This document shows positions 63,722-64,000 of a stretch of 64,000 nucleotides of DNA, in pieces. The translations under genes were made by a program, and so were the position numbers. The notes under the pieces were generated by a model. The model had not been told where the DNA came from and made no database searches. It saw only the letters and a list, made by a program, of their open reading frames with translations. This stretch comes from Patescibacteria group bacterium (lineage in GTDB: Bacteria > Patescibacteriota > Minisyncoccia > Phycocordibacterales > PALSA-1337). Position 1 is the stretch's first letter; the number at the start of each line of letters is the position of its first letter. The DNA lies in NCBI GenBank assembly GCA_040387635.1, contig JAZKDJ010000001.1, forward strand, positions 451,193-515,192, read 5' to 3'.

Positions 63722-64000
63722 ATGAATATCAGCTTTATACCTAAGTTAAGTCGCAAAACCCTTATCATCGCAGGCATTATTATTCTCGTTTTAGTGCTGG
63801 CAGGCGTGGCGATCGCTAGATCAGGCAAGGATGAGACATTCAGTGTCGTTCCTGTTGAGCGAGGTAATATCACTGACAGCATAACTGTCACTGGAAAAGT
63901 TGCGCCATTTGCTAAAGCTGATCTTGGCTTCGAGAAAACCGGCATGGTAGCGGGAGTTTACGTCATGGTAGGTGATAAGATTGCTGCGGGTAAGACTCTT
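63722..64000 (+). CDS. efflux membrane-fusion (HlyD/MacA-like periplasmic adaptor) protein, 5' fragment running off the window
   Basis: My own translation: MNISFIPKLSRKTLIIAGIIILVLVLAGVAIA ... VERGNITDSITVTGKVAPFAKADLGFEKTGMVAGVYVMVGDKIAAGKTL. This is a TM helix plus a lipoyl-like beta-hairpin. It is open to the window end and absent from the ORF track. Confidence 0.6.
   Translation, partial: MNISFIPKLSRKTLIIAGIIILVLVLAGVAIARSGKDETFSVVPVERGNITDSITVTGKVAPFAKADLGFEKTGMVAGVYVMVGDKIAAGKTL

Noticed and set aside
1-64000. Mobile elements, prophage, integrase or CRISPR-Cas
   Set aside because: No integrase, transposase, recombinase, capsid, terminase or cas-like ORF was recognised. No terminal inverted repeats or att-like duplications of tRNA 3' ends were found by eye. 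Islands are proposed only from composition and context.

Overview
This 64-kb window is a gene-dense bacterial chromosomal segment. It is about 40% G+C by eye, with several G+C-richer patches. It has short intergenic spacers, many small membrane or secreted hypothetical proteins, and strong hairpin terminators. The gene content includes pilMNO, a glycogen module (GlgA, GH57, a cupin-type glucose-6-phosphate isomerase), DsbA-VKOR, minimal housekeeping genes (ruvX, rplS, def, queA, lexA, aroK) and scattered tRNAs. By inference only, this resembles a reduced Patescibacteria (CPR, Parcubacteria-like) genome. I support six tRNAs: Arg-GCG, Ser-TGA, Arg-TCT, Val-TAC, Leu-GAG and His-GTG. There are two G+C-rich non-coding stretches that look like structured RNAs. 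I found no rRNA, CRISPR array, integrase or transposase. The most interesting locus is a co-directional six-ORF block at 20904-26169, just downstream of tRNA-Leu/tRNA-His. It encodes an AlbC-type cyclodipeptide synthase fused to a solute-binding-protein domain, a DMT permease, a size-reduced EPSP-synthase-fold protein, a secreted PQQ-type dehydrogenase and a short UbiA-like membrane protein. I propose it is an undescribed tRNA-dependent diketopiperazine pathway. Other points worth a second look are listed here. (1) An XRE/ImmA-controlled MBL-fold plus membrane-protein pair beside tRNA-Arg. (2) A Cheo-box-regulated small-protein-lexA operon. (3) A CsoR-operated ZIP/DUF305/MauE metal operon. (4) A HAD-glucan phosphorylase fusion. 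(5) A truncated sugar-nucleotide dehydrogenase with a poly-lysine tail. (6) An OB-less ATP-dependent DNA ligase. (7) Compositionally foreign G+C-rich genes. All functional calls rest on motif recognition by eye; no searches were run.
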